Assembly: GCA_023898465.1 (NCBI GenBank)
Contig: CP060223.1
Location: 480,001 to 544,000 of the forward strand
Source: Candidatus Nomurabacteria bacterium
Lineage (GTDB): Bacteria; Patescibacteriota; Patescibacteriia; HK-STAS-PATE-3
Length of the DNA stretch: 64,000 nt
Direction of reading: 5' to 3'
The first letter of the stretch is position 1, and the number at the start of each line of letters is the position of its first letter. Shown here in pieces: positions 30,464 through 41,190 of the stretch. The notes under the pieces were generated by a model. That model saw only the letters and a program-made list of their open reading frames with translations, made no database searches and was not told where the DNA came from. Position numbers and translations under genes: made by a program.

Positions 30464-31108
30464 TTAATTTTTCACGCTAATCCCGCCAAACATAGCCGTA
30501 CCCTGAATTGTCAGAGTCTTGCTCGCATTTGGATCGGGTTGTGATTTATCCTCTGAGCCACCTAAGATCGGTGTTACATTCATCACCACCCGCACATTTT
30601 TTGGCACAATAATATCAATACCAGCAAAACTGGCTGATGCGTTCAGGACTGATTGCTCAGCCAAATCTGCTTCGCGAAAATCTAACTTAATGCCACCGAA
30701 CCAGGCTGAGCTTTGTCCTTCCTTAAAATGACCAGTCACTTTGCGTTCTATACCGCTAAATACCACGCTTGCATCAGCTGACCCTTGATCCTCCTTCATC
30801 CTTCCATCCCATTGCTTTCCCATGACGATCCGGGCACCAAAGACAATGATAATGATTGGCCAGAATAAGGTCCAGGCAGATTTCGCAAAGAGATCGAGTT
30901 GATCAATAAACAATAATAAGCCAACTAAAATAATGAGGGCCGGACCAAACCACATGCGACGATTATTATTCAATGCGTAAAAACCTACTGCGATTATTGC
31001 CAAGGACCACCAAAAATTTGGTAGATTGTCTGCCCAAGCAAGATCAAGCTGCTGCAGGAGAAAACCCAAGCCTAATAAAATCAAGAAAAAACCTATAAGT
31101 TTGCGCAT
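30464..31108 (-). CDS. LiaF-like cell-envelope stress membrane protein (N-terminal TM helices + C-terminal toast-rack/DUF2154-like domain)
   Basis: 3-4 TM helices followed by a beta-rich C-terminal domain (GGIKLDFREADL...GGISVKN). It is convergent with the TCS operon. Confidence 0.5.
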   Translation of the reverse strand: MRKLIGFFLILLGLGFLLQQLDLAWADNLPNFWWSLAIIAVGFYALNNNRRMWFGPALIILVGLLLFIDQLDLFAKSAWTLFWPIIIIVFGARIVMGKQWDGRMKEDQGSADASVVFSGIERKVTGHFKEGQSSAWFGGIKLDFREADLAEQSVLNASASFAGIDIIVPKNVRVVMNVTPILGGSEDKSQPDPNASKTLTIQGTAMFGGISVKN

Positions 31109-31162
31109 ACTACATCCATTAAGATTCTGATACTATAAGCATACACCTCTCAGTACAGCTGT

Positions 31163-31825
31163 CTATAGGGTATCAAGATGCCGGTTCTGTCGAAACCATT
31201 GCTTCTGTAGCTGGTAATTCGGCAAAATACTGGCGACCCGCTGCCAAAATTTCTTGCTGTGATTATGCTCAAGTAGATGGGCTAACTCATGTACGAGCAC
31301 ATAATCAATTGCTTCGGAGGGTAATAAGATAAGACGCCAGCTCAAAGCGATATTTCCACCCAGACTGCAGGAACCCCAGCGTGTTTTAGCGCTGCTCAAA
31401 CGAAGTTTTTTATACTTTAAGCCGGTCCGCTCGCTCCATTCCTGAATTCGTGAAAAAAGATATTCTCGCGCCTCTCTCTTGTACCATTCGTGCACTAGTT
31501 TTTTTGCCTGAAGTCTTTTTTGTGTTGGTAGAAGCAAAACATCATCTCGGAGAGTTGCTTTTTTTATTGAGGAAAAATGTAGGGTAAATATTTTACCTTT
31601 ATAGTTAAAACGCTCCCCTTCTTGATATTGTTTTACTTTTCTCGGTCCACCGTTCTTTCTTATCCGTTGGAGATGCTGCTCAATCCAGGTCGACTTCTGT
31701 CGTAGGAGTTCTTCGATTTTTTCTACCGGGAATTGAAGAGGAGCTCGGATCAGCAATTGCGCTTCGGGCGTAATCAATACTGCCACACTTCTTCGGCGTG
31801 ACCGAATAAGGCGATACGTATGCAT
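31163..31825 (-). CDS. YgjP-like metal-dependent hydrolase (DUF45/M48-like, HExxH)
   Basis: YVLVHELAHLLEHNHSKKFW. Confidence 0.65.
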   Translation of the reverse strand: MHTYRLIRSRRRSVAVLITPEAQLLIRAPLQFPVEKIEELLRQKSTWIEQHLQRIRKNGGPRKVKQYQEGERFNYKGKIFTLHFSSIKKATLRDDVLLLPTQKRLQAKKLVHEWYKREAREYLFSRIQEWSERTGLKYKKLRLSSAKTRWGSCSLGGNIALSWRLILLPSEAIDYVLVHELAHLLEHNHSKKFWQRVASILPNYQLQKQWFRQNRHLDTL

Positions 31826-32191
31826 TTATTTCCCGGACTTTACTTTTAACTCACGCAAACGATGAGTAAGTAGCTGACGGAGTAGACTAAGAGGAATCTT
31901 GGAATCGAAAGGAAACTGTAGTGTGGCTTTACCTGTTTGATACGGTGCGAGTTTCTTTGCCCATTTTGAATCAGAACGCATGCTCGACATAACAAAGAAG
32001 CTCACATGATCACGAAATGCAGCAAAATATGCTAGACGACCATTCCAGTCATAATAAGGCATACCATAGCTTATCTTTTCTTCCGCCTTAGGTGCTACGG
32101 TTGTTATTAATTTCCGTATTTGCCGTAGCATTGGCTGGGCTTTCTTCGGCGCTGCACTAATATATGCACTTACTGTTTTAGCTTTTTGCAT
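31826..32191 (-). CDS. DUF1801 (YdhG-like) domain protein
   Basis: SAYISAAPKKAQPMLRQIRKLI...EKISYGMPYY matches the family pattern. Confidence 0.6.
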   Translation of the reverse strand: MQKAKTVSAYISAAPKKAQPMLRQIRKLITTVAPKAEEKISYGMPYYDWNGRLAYFAAFRDHVSFFVMSSMRSDSKWAKKLAPYQTGKATLQFPFDSKIPLSLLRQLLTHRLRELKVKSGK

Positions 32192-32193
32192 AG

Positions 32194-32514
32194 CTACTTC
32201 TTTCTTGCGGTTTTCTTATTTCGTTTCTCAAGTATCCCTCGTACTGAAGGACTAACTGCTTTATCTTTTCTATGAATACAGCCTAACCAACAACATGGAC
32301 GTCGCATACCTTCCTTTAGCTCACTCACCACTCGTCGGACATGCTCCTTTCTCGTTTCTTCCTTTTTCACAAAGGTGGTCCAACAAATCCACTCATTACG
32401 AGCAAGTGGTGTAAGTTTCTCCCATAATCCAAGAGCGGCCTTATCAGCGCTTAATGCTTTTTGTAGGTCAGGTGGAACTGTATGAGCTGTTCCAGGGGAA
32501 ATTTTTTGAGACAT
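32194..32514 (-). CDS. YdeI/OmpD-associated family protein
   Basis: LTPLARNEWICWTTFVKKEETRKEHVRRVVSELKEGMRRPCCW matches the family. Confidence 0.55.
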   Translation of the reverse strand: MSQKISPGTAHTVPPDLQKALSADKAALGLWEKLTPLARNEWICWTTFVKKEETRKEHVRRVVSELKEGMRRPCCWLGCIHRKDKAVSPSVRGILEKRNKKTARKK

Positions 32515-32567
32515 TTTAGTCGTAGTGTTTATTTCTTCACTTCTGATATTAACACATGCAAGATGTA

Positions 32568-32813
32568 TTATGAAATATCAATTTCAGCTTGGTAACCCGC
32601 TTCGCGAACCGCTTGAATAAGCTGGTCAGCCTTTACCTCATCACCGTGCGTAACCTCGGTGCGTGCTTTCGCATAATTAGTTTTTGAAGAATCAACACCA
32701 GGCAAATCCTCAATACTATCATCAATGGTCATGCTACATGAAGTACAATGCATACCACTAATTTTTAGAAGGGTCTTTTGCCTATCGCTTTGTTTTTTAC
32801 GTTGAAAAAACAT
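32568..32813 (-). CDS. copZ: heavy-metal-associated (HMA) copper chaperone, CopZ-like
   Basis: GMHCTSCSMTIDDSIEDLPGV. The true start may be internal. Confidence 0.7.
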   Translation of the reverse strand: MFFQRKKQSDRQKTLLKISGMHCTSCSMTIDDSIEDLPGVDSSKTNYAKARTEVTHGDEVKADQLIQAVREAGYQAEIDIS

Positions 32814-32829
32814 AATTGGATATTGTGAA

Positions 32830-33876
32830 TTAAATAACTTCCATCACGCCTGTATACATACCCATAGAACATGAATATGTATATCGGCCCGGTTGCGTTG
32901 GAGTAAATTGAAAACTTTGTCGGTCAGTGGGACGCAAAAAAGTGTCAATACCAAATTGTCGAAAAGTAAAAGCAACCGCACAAGAATATACGTCATTACT
33001 CTGCAATATCAACTCCACTGGCTTATTCTTTTCAACCGCAAAATATCGGGGCGAGTACCCTTGACCCAACACGTTAATGGTTACTCGCTGCACACCGTTA
33101 GTAAGTACCACTTCATCACTAACAGCCTTTGGTGTGCTTGTGTTCTGAAATTTTGCAATAATTTTTTCATACGTAATTGGTGCATCATACACATTAAGGA
33201 TCCCGTTGAAGCTGATAAGCGACAAGACAATCAAAATAGCAGCGGCAGTTTTTTGAAACCATCCATGCATCGTATCTGAGAGCTTCGCGGTCATGACGCC
33301 AAGTAAGGTAAAAATTGGTGAAGTACCAAGCACAAAGAAAAACATAATAAGGGCTCCAGCTATAGGACTGCCACTAGTAACTGCCACCACTTCCATTGCC
33401 TGAGTAACGCCGCAAGGGATAAAGACGGTCAAGACCCCTAATACTGCGGGGGCAAATAAAGTATCGCTCTTACTTGATTTCTTCACAAAGCGCTGCAGCC
33501 AACGCGGTGGCTGAAATGCTAAGAAGCGAAAGATTGGATGCACGTTTAATAAGTTCATTGCTGTAGCAAACATAAACAACGCTGCAGCAAGTTGAAAAGC
33601 GATACGCACATTTAATCCTATCGCTAACACTGAACCAAGCCAGCCAAGCAAAAAACCAAAGGCGGTGTGTACAATTAATTTCGCTAGTAAAAAAATACCT
33701 ACTGGCCAAATATCTGTTCCGCGGATTCGTGCATCGCTAGATTTTAGTGATGTTTTTCCGTTTTCAGATCGTTCCTTCTGATTAGCTATCACGCCTGCCA
33801 ACAACCCCCCTTGGACAGCTAGGCAGGTTAAGCCACCGGTAGTTAAGCCTGCTAAGAAAAAAACCCAATAATTCAT
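32830..33876 (-). CDS. polytopic membrane protein with C-terminal cupredoxin-like domain (putative copper-handling)
   Basis: About 7 TM helices and a C-terminal beta-sandwich with Cys/His/Met (YSCAVAF...[16 protein letters not shown]). The start overlaps the copA stop. Confidence 0.5.
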   Translation of the reverse strand: MNYWVFFLAGLTTGGLTCLAVQGGLLAGVIANQKERSENGKTSLKSSDARIRGTDIWPVGIFLLAKLIVHTAFGFLLGWLGSVLAIGLNVRIAFQLAAALFMFATAMNLLNVHPIFRFLAFQPPRWLQRFVKKSSKSDTLFAPAVLGVLTVFIPCGVTQAMEVVAVTSGSPIAGALIMFFFVLGTSPIFTLLGVMTAKLSDTMHGWFQKTAAAILIVLSLISFNGILNVYDAPITYEKIIAKFQNTSTPKAVSDEVVLTNGVQRVTINVLGQGYSPRYFAVEKNKPVELILQSNDVYSCAVAFTFRQFGIDTFLRPTDRQSFQFTPTQPGRYTYSCSMGMYTGVMEVI

Positions 33877-36104
33877 ATGTGTGATCGAAACGTTTTTAAT
33901 CGTAAGGCATTAAGCACAACTGAAACACTTGAAAAGGCCATTGCAGCGCCTGCCCAAATTGGATTGATAGTAATTCCCCAAATCGGCGCTAATGCTCCCA
34001 TGGCAACGGGTATGAGAAGAACATTATAACCAAAAGCCCAAGCAAGATTTTGCCAAATATTCTTCATAGTTGCTCGAGAAAGCGCAAGAGTCACTGGAAT
34101 TAACCGTAAGTCTGGACGAAGTAACACAACTCCAGCGGTCGCAATAGCAACATCAGTTCCCTGCCCCATTGCAATACTTAGATCCGCCGCTGCCAAGGCA
34201 GGCGCGTCGTTAATTCCATCCCCAATCATTGCGACGCCTTTTTTCTGCTGCTGCAGCTCTTTTATTCGCTGCTCTTTTTCTTGTGGAAGCACCTGTCCGA
34301 TAACTTGCGAAAGTTTAAGCTCACGCTGCACGTGCTGCGCTGCTTCTCTAGTATCACCAGTGAGCATTATGGTCTGTATGCCCTGATGATTTAAGGCGGC
34401 AATTACGCTGGCGGATTCCTCACGTATCGTATCAGCAATACTAAAGGAGACGAGGGCTTCATGATTGTCGGCCACATATACACGAGACATATTCACTGGC
34501 ATGAATTGAGCCTGGTCTGCATCGATTTGGATATTCTCTTGAGCCAACAGTGAGGCACTACCAATATTCATTTGACCGATAGTATCCTTAGCCCGAACTC
34601 CTTTTCCGGGCACATCAATTATTTCAGGCGCTGTTTCTGCGCTAGGTATTCCTTTGTCATTGATATACTGCGCAATAGCTTTTGCTAAAGGATGATTTGA
34701 GCGTTCTTCAATTGTCCGGACACGGCCAAGTAACTCTTGCTGCTCCTGGACGGAAAAAGTACGCATCATTTGTATATCTTGTACACGGGGCTTGCCTTCC
34801 GTTAAGGTGCCAGTTTTATCAAACACAATGGTCTGCACACGTCTCCCCAATTCAAGCGCTTCAGCATTTTTTATAAGTATCCCAAGCTCTGAACCCTTAC
34901 CAATGCCGACCATAATTGAAGTGGGAGTGGCTAAGCCGAGCGCGCAGGGACAAGCAATAATAAGCACACTCACCATGCTTACAAGTGCGTGTGCCCAAAC
35001 TGGATCTGGTCCAAAAAATAACCAAAGTCCAAAAGTGAGCAATGAAAGAGCGATAACAATTGGCACGAAATATGCTGAGATCTTGTCAGCTAAATTCTGT
35101 ACCGGGGGTCGAGATCCTTGCGCTTCTTCAACTAAGCGTACGATTTGTGCCAGCATAGTTTCATCACCCACTCGTCTTGCTTCCATCTCAAAAGCACCGC
35201 TAGTATTCATAGTTGCGCCAATTACCTGGTCTCCTGCCTTTTTCTCTACTGGCAAGCCTTCCCCAGTCACCATGCTTTCGTCTACCGCAGAGGATCCAGA
35301 CACAATATTCCCATCAACAGGAACTTTTTCACCTGGCTTCACTAAAATACGGTCTCCTACACGCACGTCAGTAAGGGGAAGATCCTGCCAAGTTTTTTTT
35401 TGAAATACATGCGCTATTTTTGCCTCTAGCTTCAACAAACGCTTCATTGCTGTAGCTGCCTGACCTTTTGCTCGCAACTCGAGAAATTTACCCAGTAACA
35501 CTAATGTAATTACCGTAGCTGAAGTTTCAAAGTACGCTAGCTGACTAATACCTAATGCCGCTAATTGATTTTCGTAAACTATTGAGAATGCTGAGGAGGC
35601 ATAGGCTACGCTAGTTCCTAAGGCGATAAGCGTATCCATATTGGCCGTGCGATTTTTCAGCGCAGACCAAGCGCTCAGGTAATAGTTTTTTCCAGCCCAA
35701 AACTGTACCGGGGTGGCAAGTATCCACATCAACCATGACTGACGCAGCCAATCAGGCGCTCCTGGCACCATCGCGCCAATAAGCAATAGTACAGTGAGTG
35801 GGAAAGAAACAAACAATCTCTGTCTCAACTGACGCAACTCTTCGACTCGTTCCTTTTCCGTAAGATCGCCGTGATCATGTACGCCTATGTGCGCTTTATA
35901 ACCCAACTTTGCAACGGTTTGCCCTATTTCATACTCTGGAGTTGCATGAGGGTCGAAGCTAACTGCTGCTTGATGATTTCCATAATTTACCGTTGCCTCT
36001 TTTACACCTGGAAGTTTCTTTAGACGACGTTGGATATTTGCCGCACAGCTTGCGCAATGCATGCCAGACACATGAAAATTGATCTGTTGGACATTATTTG
36101 GCAT
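33873..36104 (-). CDS. copA: copper-translocating P1B-type ATPase
   Basis: N-terminal HMA GMHCASC, a CPC motif ([13 protein letters not shown]), DKTGTLT, TGD and [10 protein letters not shown]. The start was set at ATG 36104 (MPNNVQQ), because the longer ORF start overlaps the regulator gene. Confidence 0.9.
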   Translation of the reverse strand: MPNNVQQINFHVSGMHCASCAANIQRRLKKLPGVKEATVNYGNHQAAVSFDPHATPEYEIGQTVAKLGYKAHIGVHDHGDLTEKERVEELRQLRQRLFVSFPLTVLLLIGAMVPGAPDWLRQSWLMWILATPVQFWAGKNYYLSAWSALKNRTANMDTLIALGTSVAYASSAFSIVYENQLAALGISQLAYFETSATVITLVLLGKFLELRAKGQAATAMKRLLKLEAKIAHVFQKKTWQDLPLTDVRVGDRILVKPGEKVPVDGNIVSGSSAVDESMVTGEGLPVEKKAGDQVIGATMNTSGAFEMEARRVGDETMLAQIVRLVEEAQGSRPPVQNLADKISAYFVPIVIALSLLTFGLWLFFGPDPVWAHALVSMVSVLIIACPCALGLATPTSIMVGIGKGSELGILIKNAEALELGRRVQTIVFDKTGTLTEGKPRVQDIQMMRTFSVQEQQELLGRVRTIEERSNHPLAKAIAQYINDKGIPSAETAPEIIDVPGKGVRAKDTIGQMNIGSASLLAQENIQIDADQAQFMPVNMSRVYVADNHEALVSFSIADTIREESASVIAALNHQGIQTIMLTGDTREAAQHVQRELKLSQVIGQVLPQEKEQRIKELQQQKKGVAMIGDGINDAPALAAADLSIAMGQGTDVAIATAGVVLLRPDLRLIPVTLALSRATMKNIWQNLAWAFGYNVLLIPVAMGALAPIWGITINPIWAGAAMAFSSVSVVLNALRLKTFRSHI

Positions 36105-36573
36105 ATTTTCCTGGATTTTTTTGAAAAGCCTTTTTACATCCACTCGCGCAAAAATAATATTTCTTCCCCTGATATTGCATGGCCGCGCCGGCCGTACTCG
36201 GAGAGACACGCATGTGACATACAGGGTCATGCACGATTGGCATAAGATCCTTCATTGTCCTACTGAATTCATCAGGTTTTTTATCGCCCTGTTGAACAAC
36301 AATAATGTCGCGAATAAGTTGACTCGCCTTAGCAAAATTCGGATGAGCTAAATGGTATCGAAGACGCTTTCCCAGCCGATGATAACTTACCGCTCCAGCA
36401 TCACGAAGTATTTTAAGATGCTGACTGAGATTTGCTTGTGGCAAACCAAGCATGTCTTGCATTTCCTCAACCGTTGCTGGGCCTTCTTTTAGTAAATGTA
36501 AAACCTCCAAACGGCGCGGATGTGCAAGCGCTTTTAAAAGCTTGGCGTGGAGTTTAAAAACTTGTTCATACAT
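36094..36573 (-). CDS. ArsR/SmtB-family metalloregulator fused to a C-terminal YHS/TRASH metal-binding domain
   Basis: HTH ([16 protein letters not shown]...[24 protein letters not shown]) and a C-terminal CHMRV...YYFCASGC domain. The start is at ATG 36573 and the 3' end overlaps the copA start by 11 nt. Confidence 0.7.
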   Translation of the reverse strand: MYEQVFKLHAKLLKALAHPRRLEVLHLLKEGPATVEEMQDMLGLPQANLSQHLKILRDAGAVSYHRLGKRLRYHLAHPNFAKASQLIRDIIVVQQGDKKPDEFSRTMKDLMPIVHDPVCHMRVSPSTAGAAMQYQGKKYYFCASGCKKAFQKNPGKYAK

Positions 36574-36623
36574 ATTCGCTATTTCGAATATATATACTTC
36601 AGAAAAAACTGTCAAGAAATCCC

Positions 36624-37880
36624 CTATCGAATGTAGACGACCGCGCCTGTGCTAAAGGTGTTTATATCTTTACACGCCTGACCTGGAAAAACCTCAGCCC
36701 GTAATTTACGACTCTCCAGCATCTCTACCATAAAACATCCAGCTGAACTTGTTCCTGAACGCAGCTCCAGAGTGCTGCTCAAACTTGATCTATCCCAAAC
36801 TTGGCCATCAGCGTAATAGACTTGCTCGTAAAGGTCATAGGCTACCCGGCCGTTTTCTGGACTAATATCAACTGGCTTAGCAGCGTCGTGAGCAATAGTG
36901 AACTGTGAAGCGCCATCTGGCCAGTTACCTATTGAAATTACCGTAGCGCTAGGGTCGAGATGATCTGGAGCGATCGCGAGATGGGTAGTCCAATACGCAG
37001 ACGGATCATTGCCCGCATAACCATTTGTGGTCCCATCAGGATTCATCACAAACCAGGTGCCAATTAACCGTCCATCAATATCATAGTCAATCTTGCCGCT
37101 ACGTGGTTCAACTGTACGTAAATACTGGGTCAAAGCTAGGGAGCGAAGTTCTTCAGTGTAGTACGGCAGCGGATCAACAGTATGAATCTTCCACGATTCA
37201 CGCTCATAATGCTCCGGCACCACGAAGCCGCTAAGCTCGCTCTCTGTATCCCAAACAGCAAAATCGAGAGTCTGCCCGCCGATACTCCCTATACGTTGTC
37301 CAGCCTTCACAGGTAAATCAATACTATTCCCCTGCTGCTGATAGGCACTAAGTATATCAGGTGCTAAACCAGTGACTAAATCATAGTAGTAAAATAGATG
37401 ACAACTCATGCTGAATACTATCCGAAAGTCTGTCACGGTCTTGTTCGCATTTTGCCCCTGACCAGAGTGGGTACGCGTCCCTATATCAACAATCCGCGCA
37501 TCGGCCATTGCGTATACTGGATAGGCATCAATAGGTGAATCAAAAGGCTCGGGTGAGAAGTATTGATGATCAATTGGGGTGACGTGCCCACCGATCATTA
37601 ATCCGTATGGGATAATAAATCCAACATCGCTAGGGTCCATGGGATAATCGGTAAGCAAGGGTTTGTCGGTTCCCTGACAATGTCCATGACTTAATTCCTG
37701 ACCAGCTACATCAGCCGGCGTCCTCGCCTGCTCTTGTGTATTGATATTTTCTTCATTTTGCATTGAGGAGTTTTGATTTTGACTAACAGTATTGTCGTTA
37801 TTTCTACGAGTGAATAGCACAATAAGCACTGCCAGAAGAATGAGGACAGCGATGATGACGAGCGTCGCTACTTTTTTCAT
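36624..37880 (-). CDS. membrane-anchored/secreted hypothetical protein
   Basis: N-terminal TM and signal anchor, then a 380-aa extracytoplasmic domain with no confident motif. Confidence 0.45.
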   Translation of the reverse strand: MKKVATLVIIAVLILLAVLIVLFTRRNNDNTVSQNQNSSMQNEENINTQEQARTPADVAGQELSHGHCQGTDKPLLTDYPMDPSDVGFIIPYGLMIGGHVTPIDHQYFSPEPFDSPIDAYPVYAMADARIVDIGTRTHSGQGQNANKTVTDFRIVFSMSCHLFYYYDLVTGLAPDILSAYQQQGNSIDLPVKAGQRIGSIGGQTLDFAVWDTESELSGFVVPEHYERESWKIHTVDPLPYYTEELRSLALTQYLRTVEPRSGKIDYDIDGRLIGTWFVMNPDGTTNGYAGNDPSAYWTTHLAIAPDHLDPSATVISIGNWPDGASQFTIAHDAAKPVDISPENGRVAYDLYEQVYYADGQVWDRSSLSSTLELRSGTSSAGCFMVEMLESRKLRAEVFPGQACKDINTFSTGAVVYIR

Positions 37881-37969
37881 ATGGGTAAGTATAGCATAGA
37901 AAAAATAGCTTACTCAGTATGAGTAGATTTTAATAGGCATTAAAAGGATTTTCGCTGTAAAATATCTCT

Positions 37970-38446
37970 TTACTGCCCTTGCTCGAAATCCTTCAGGATA
38001 CGCAAGTATTTTGCTTGAGTATCACTACCAATTTGTGGATGCGTAAAAACCGGCATTACACCGGTTATTGCTATGATATTTCTTACTTCATCAAAATAGA
38101 ATCCATCCAACGTTGCAATAAAGAGCCAAGAAGGATTCCAAGACTTAGCCATCCGTTTAGCATCTATAAGCACATATTCAGGACTTAGTTGTTTTTGATA
38201 TTTTACCTCTATCAATCTGACTTCGCTTGTTGCATGATCAATGACAGCGAAATCTGGCGCGGTACGTAAAATATTAACTGTTGGATTATCTTGTGAATAA
38301 CCCTGCTGGATAAGCTCAGGGATAATTTTTTCATACCCAAATTCGAGTACTGTAAATTGGCGTGATTCGCGAAACATTTGTGCAAATATCGTTTCAGCAA
38401 TTTTACCTTTAATGAGATTGTGAGTGAATTCTGTTGAGGTAGACAT
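37970..38446 (-). CDS. hypothetical protein with PD-(D/E)xK nuclease-like motif
   Basis: PDFAVIDHATSEVRLIEVKYQK fits the D...E.K core. Confidence 0.4.
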   Translation of the reverse strand: MSTSTEFTHNLIKGKIAETIFAQMFRESRQFTVLEFGYEKIIPELIQQGYSQDNPTVNILRTAPDFAVIDHATSEVRLIEVKYQKQLSPEYVLIDAKRMAKSWNPSWLFIATLDGFYFDEVRNIIAITGVMPVFTHPQIGSDTQAKYLRILKDFEQGQ

Positions 38447-38598
38447 TATTTTTTCTTAATAAACTTTTTCAACTTTACTTGAATGTAGGTTGCCGCAATA
38501 GTAAACAGAAGTATTATTCCAAAAGCAGGAAGAAATACTTTCAGCATTATTCCCATAAACCTACTTGTACCTTCAACAAGCTGAGGATCGGCAGGCAT

Positions 38599-38784
38599 TT
38601 ATCTTGTTTTCTTCTTATAGCAGCTATAACAAAGCGAACGATCGCGGGAAATAACTGTACCACAACTCCGGCACTTTTTCGTGCCATACTTTTTTACACT
38701 CGAAGACTTTTTCTTAGTCTGGCATGAGTAGCACAGTGTATACGTTCCTGTTGTTTTTGTTCCACAGCGGCTGCATTTAGGCAT
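38599..38784 (-). CDS. lysine-rich duplicated zinc-ribbon protein (61 aa)
   Basis: Two copies of CxxCGT-x(6-7)-LCYSC-KKK. The start was set at internal ATG 38784 (MPKCSRCG) because the ORF's 5' part overlaps the small gene at 38790-38966. Confidence 0.4.
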   Translation of the reverse strand: MPKCSRCGTKTTGTYTLCYSCQTKKKSSSVKKYGTKKCRSCGTVISRDRSLCYSCYKKKTR

Positions 38785-38789
38785 ACTTA

Positions 38790-38966
38790 CTACGCCCCCA
38801 AAAACTTCAGCGCCTCGTAGACAAAGAAAACGGGCCAGATAATCGCTTTTAACAAACCGAGTACGCCAATCCAAAATGAAGTCGCTACCGAGATATAGTA
38901 GATAGCGGCACCGATCAGACCGAGACCATAGAAAGCCCCACTACTCCCTGCATTTGCCTTATTCAT
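38790..38966 (-). CDS. small (58 aa) Gly-zipper membrane protein, below the ORF-track cutoff
   Basis: ATG at 38966 preceded by an AAGGAG RBS. Translation is MNKANAGSSGAFYGLGLIGAAIYYISVATSFWIGVLGLLKAIIWPVFFVYEALKFLGA. Confidence 0.4.
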   Translation of the reverse strand: MNKANAGSSGAFYGLGLIGAAIYYISVATSFWIGVLGLLKAIIWPVFFVYEALKFLGA

Positions 38967-39000
38967 ATAACTCCTTAACTAATTATGTTTACAGGACAAA

Positions 39001-39258
39001 TTATACCACTTCGCGACGAACATAAAATAGACAACAAAGGGATACAGTCGCCGGAAACAAATATACCAAATCAAACCACCCTATTTGATCAGTGATAGTC
39101 AAAAAAATATTCAACAACATGAGTAGAGCAAGCATCCAGTAGGCCCACTTCTTTTTCAATCGTAATTGCCAAGTAAGTAAGAAGAGCGCAAAAGCATTTA
39201 CTAACGCAAAGCTAGAATAAAAGAAGCGGTAATCTGAGTCGCGAAATAACCAAAACAA
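39001..39258 (-). CDS. small membrane protein
   Basis: 85 aa with 2-3 TM helices. Confidence 0.35.
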   Translation of the reverse strand: MFWLFRDSDYRFFYSSFALVNAFALFLLTWQLRLKKKWAYWMLALLMLLNIFLTITDQIGWFDLVYLFPATVSLCCLFYVRREVV

Positions 39259-39391
39259 CGCAAAGCATACCCAGAAGGCCGCAATGCTATAGAGTAGTCG
39301 AATGGTAAAAGTGAAATAATTTATAGTCGAAGCATATTATTGATAAGTGGAAAGGAAAAGCCGCCGGTAAAGACCAACGGCTAGATGAAAT

Positions 39392-39877
39392 CTAGGCCGC
39401 TCGTTGCTCAGTCCTCAGGATAGCAGAAGCACGACGATACGCTTTGTCTCGCACCGCCTTTGGTACATCCTGCTCTCTTAAGGCACCTTGAATCGAGCCT
39501 AGCTGCACCTCATTCCCCTTACGATAAAAGGTGAGCACAAAGCCTTCAGCGCCTATTTCCACTCGACCATGTAGACGATCAACCTCCAGCACCTCGGTCT
39601 CTGCATCTTGTTCACCCATATGAGCCTCCTGGTCGGGAAAAAGCTCTTCTTGGATTGGTCGCATGTGTCTTTCACGCATATATATATTGTACGCCTCAAG
39701 CAGGAAAAGTAAAAGTAGTCTTGACGAGCCCAAGGCTCGGGGTTTATTATAGCGACACTTCTCAAGCCGACAGAGAAGTTGTCTCAGAATCCGTTTTGTC
39801 GGCACTCTCGCGTGAATGTTTCGCGGTTCATCGAGAGCGTAGAACGGCGATAGGCTGATGGGACCGATCCCACTCAA
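39392..39877 (-). CDS. hypothetical protein
   Basis: No motif. The real start is possibly internal (MRERHMRPIQ). Confidence 0.3.
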   Translation of the reverse strand: MSGIGPISLSPFYALDEPRNIHARVPTKRILRQLLCRLEKCRYNKPRALGSSRLLLLFLLEAYNIYMRERHMRPIQEELFPDQEAHMGEQDAETEVLEVDRLHGRVEIGAEGFVLTFYRKGNEVQLGSIQGALREQDVPKAVRDKAYRRASAILRTEQRAA

Positions 39878-40034
39878 AAGCCGAAAAAAAACGGGATCCT
39901 GCCCCAGGCATCAATACTTGTCGCCCGAATTCCAATCGGGAAACATAGATGCGCTGGGGCTCCATTTTTTTATAGATACCTAAAAGCCAGGAGCTGCCCT
40001 CTCCTGGCCTTTGAGGCTGAAAGGAGGAATGAGC

Positions 40035-41186
40035 CTAATTATCTATTTCAAAATCCCAGAGTGCTTGTACCTGCGACGCGCTTAGGCCGGTGCGTGTCGC
40101 AATCTCTTGAGCCAAACTTGAGGTGCTGGTATTTGCAGAGGTCCACTCATAGCGCTGTGTATCACCACGGCGGGCTTTAATTTCTGTGCCATCTTCACGT
40201 ACCCGGACTTCTATTTCCCATTGGGCTTCTTCTTCATCGCCGTGATCCTCTGAATCGTTTGAATTACTATTACTGTTATGTGAATTGGTATCATCATTCA
40301 CATTTCCTTCATGAGAGTTGGTTGCATCTACATGCGTATTCTTATTATCATTTCCATGATCATCATTGGTGTCAGAATGGTCATCACTGCTATTGGCATT
40401 TTGCAGATCTACACCATCATACTCAATTTTGATAGCTGCCCGAACTTGGGCTTCGCTTAAGCCTAAACGGTCGGTAACTGCTTTAATAATTTCTTCACGA
40501 TCAGTCGTAGTCAGGGTAAACTCACTGTGCTGATTTGCTACTTCAGCCTGAACAAAGGCTTGTGCACCAGCTACGTGCACTTCAATTTCAATTCGCTGAA
40601 GACTATGACTGTTTTGTGCGTCTTCAATCTCACGCAGTTTTACTTCAACGTTACTTAGCGTCGCTGCAGCATGCTCATTTTCTTTGGCTTCTAATTCATC
40701 GCGCACTTCAGCTACGGTTTGTTGCGCATTTTGCAGAGCGGAATTTACATGATCAGCAGCATCTCGAGCTAGTTGCTCCTTTTGCTCTTGCTCTAACTCA
40801 GCTAGCTCTTTTGCTCGCTCAGCTGCAATCTCAGCCTGGATGCGGAGTCGCGCCTCAGCTGAGGTGGCTAAATTTAAACGGACTTGCTCGACGGCTTGAT
40901 CAATACCAAAGAGCCAATCTCCTGGCTTGGCATTATTCGCTGCGAGGACAGTGCCGGTGCCGCTGCCTAATAACACGATAGCGATAAGGATGCTTGCAAT
41001 CATATTTTTGTGATTAAGGAAAAAACCTGATCGCTGCTTATATCGATCAGCTTCCGGGACTGTTACGCTCGATGCAGCCATACGCAAACGAGCCTCAATA
41101 CGTTCACGGGCAGCCGGAGATAAAGACTGAGAATGAGACATCTTTAACAGCTTGATAATTTCTTTTGATGAAAAATGTTTCGACAT
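40035..41186 (-). CDS. putative anti-sigma factor (single-pass membrane protein with long coiled-coil and a His/Asn/Asp-rich C-terminal region)
   Basis: Immediately downstream of the ECF sigma gene. One TM helix, and the extracytoplasmic segment is rich in AEIAAERAKELAELEQEQKEQLA coiled coil. Confidence 0.5.
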   Translation of the reverse strand: MSKHFSSKEIIKLLKMSHSQSLSPAARERIEARLRMAASSVTVPEADRYKQRSGFFLNHKNMIASILIAIVLLGSGTGTVLAANNAKPGDWLFGIDQAVEQVRLNLATSAEARLRIQAEIAAERAKELAELEQEQKEQLARDAADHVNSALQNAQQTVAEVRDELEAKENEHAAATLSNVEVKLREIEDAQNSHSLQRIEIEVHVAGAQAFVQAEVANQHSEFTLTTTDREEIIKAVTDRLGLSEAQVRAAIKIEYDGVDLQNANSSDDHSDTNDDHGNDNKNTHVDATNSHEGNVNDDTNSHNSNSNSNDSEDHGDEEEAQWEIEVRVREDGTEIKARRGDTQRYEWTSANTSTSSLAQEIATRTGLSASQVQALWDFEIDN

Positions 41187-41190
41187 ATAT

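Noticed and set aside
34792-35403. 203-aa ORF antisense inside copA (and the other nested ORFs inside long genes, for example 1141-1392, 2604-2882, 8925-9152, 59813-60142, 60019-60546)
   Set aside because: Each is embedded in a gene with strong family signatures on the opposite strand or in another frame, and none shows a motif or RBS.
39680-39720. Plus-strand TTGACG-17-TATTAT promoter-like element inside the 39392-39877 ORF
   Set aside because: No plus-strand gene or structured RNA follows it. This is likely a chance match in AT-rich sequence. It does support the idea that the long ORF's 5' part is non-coding.
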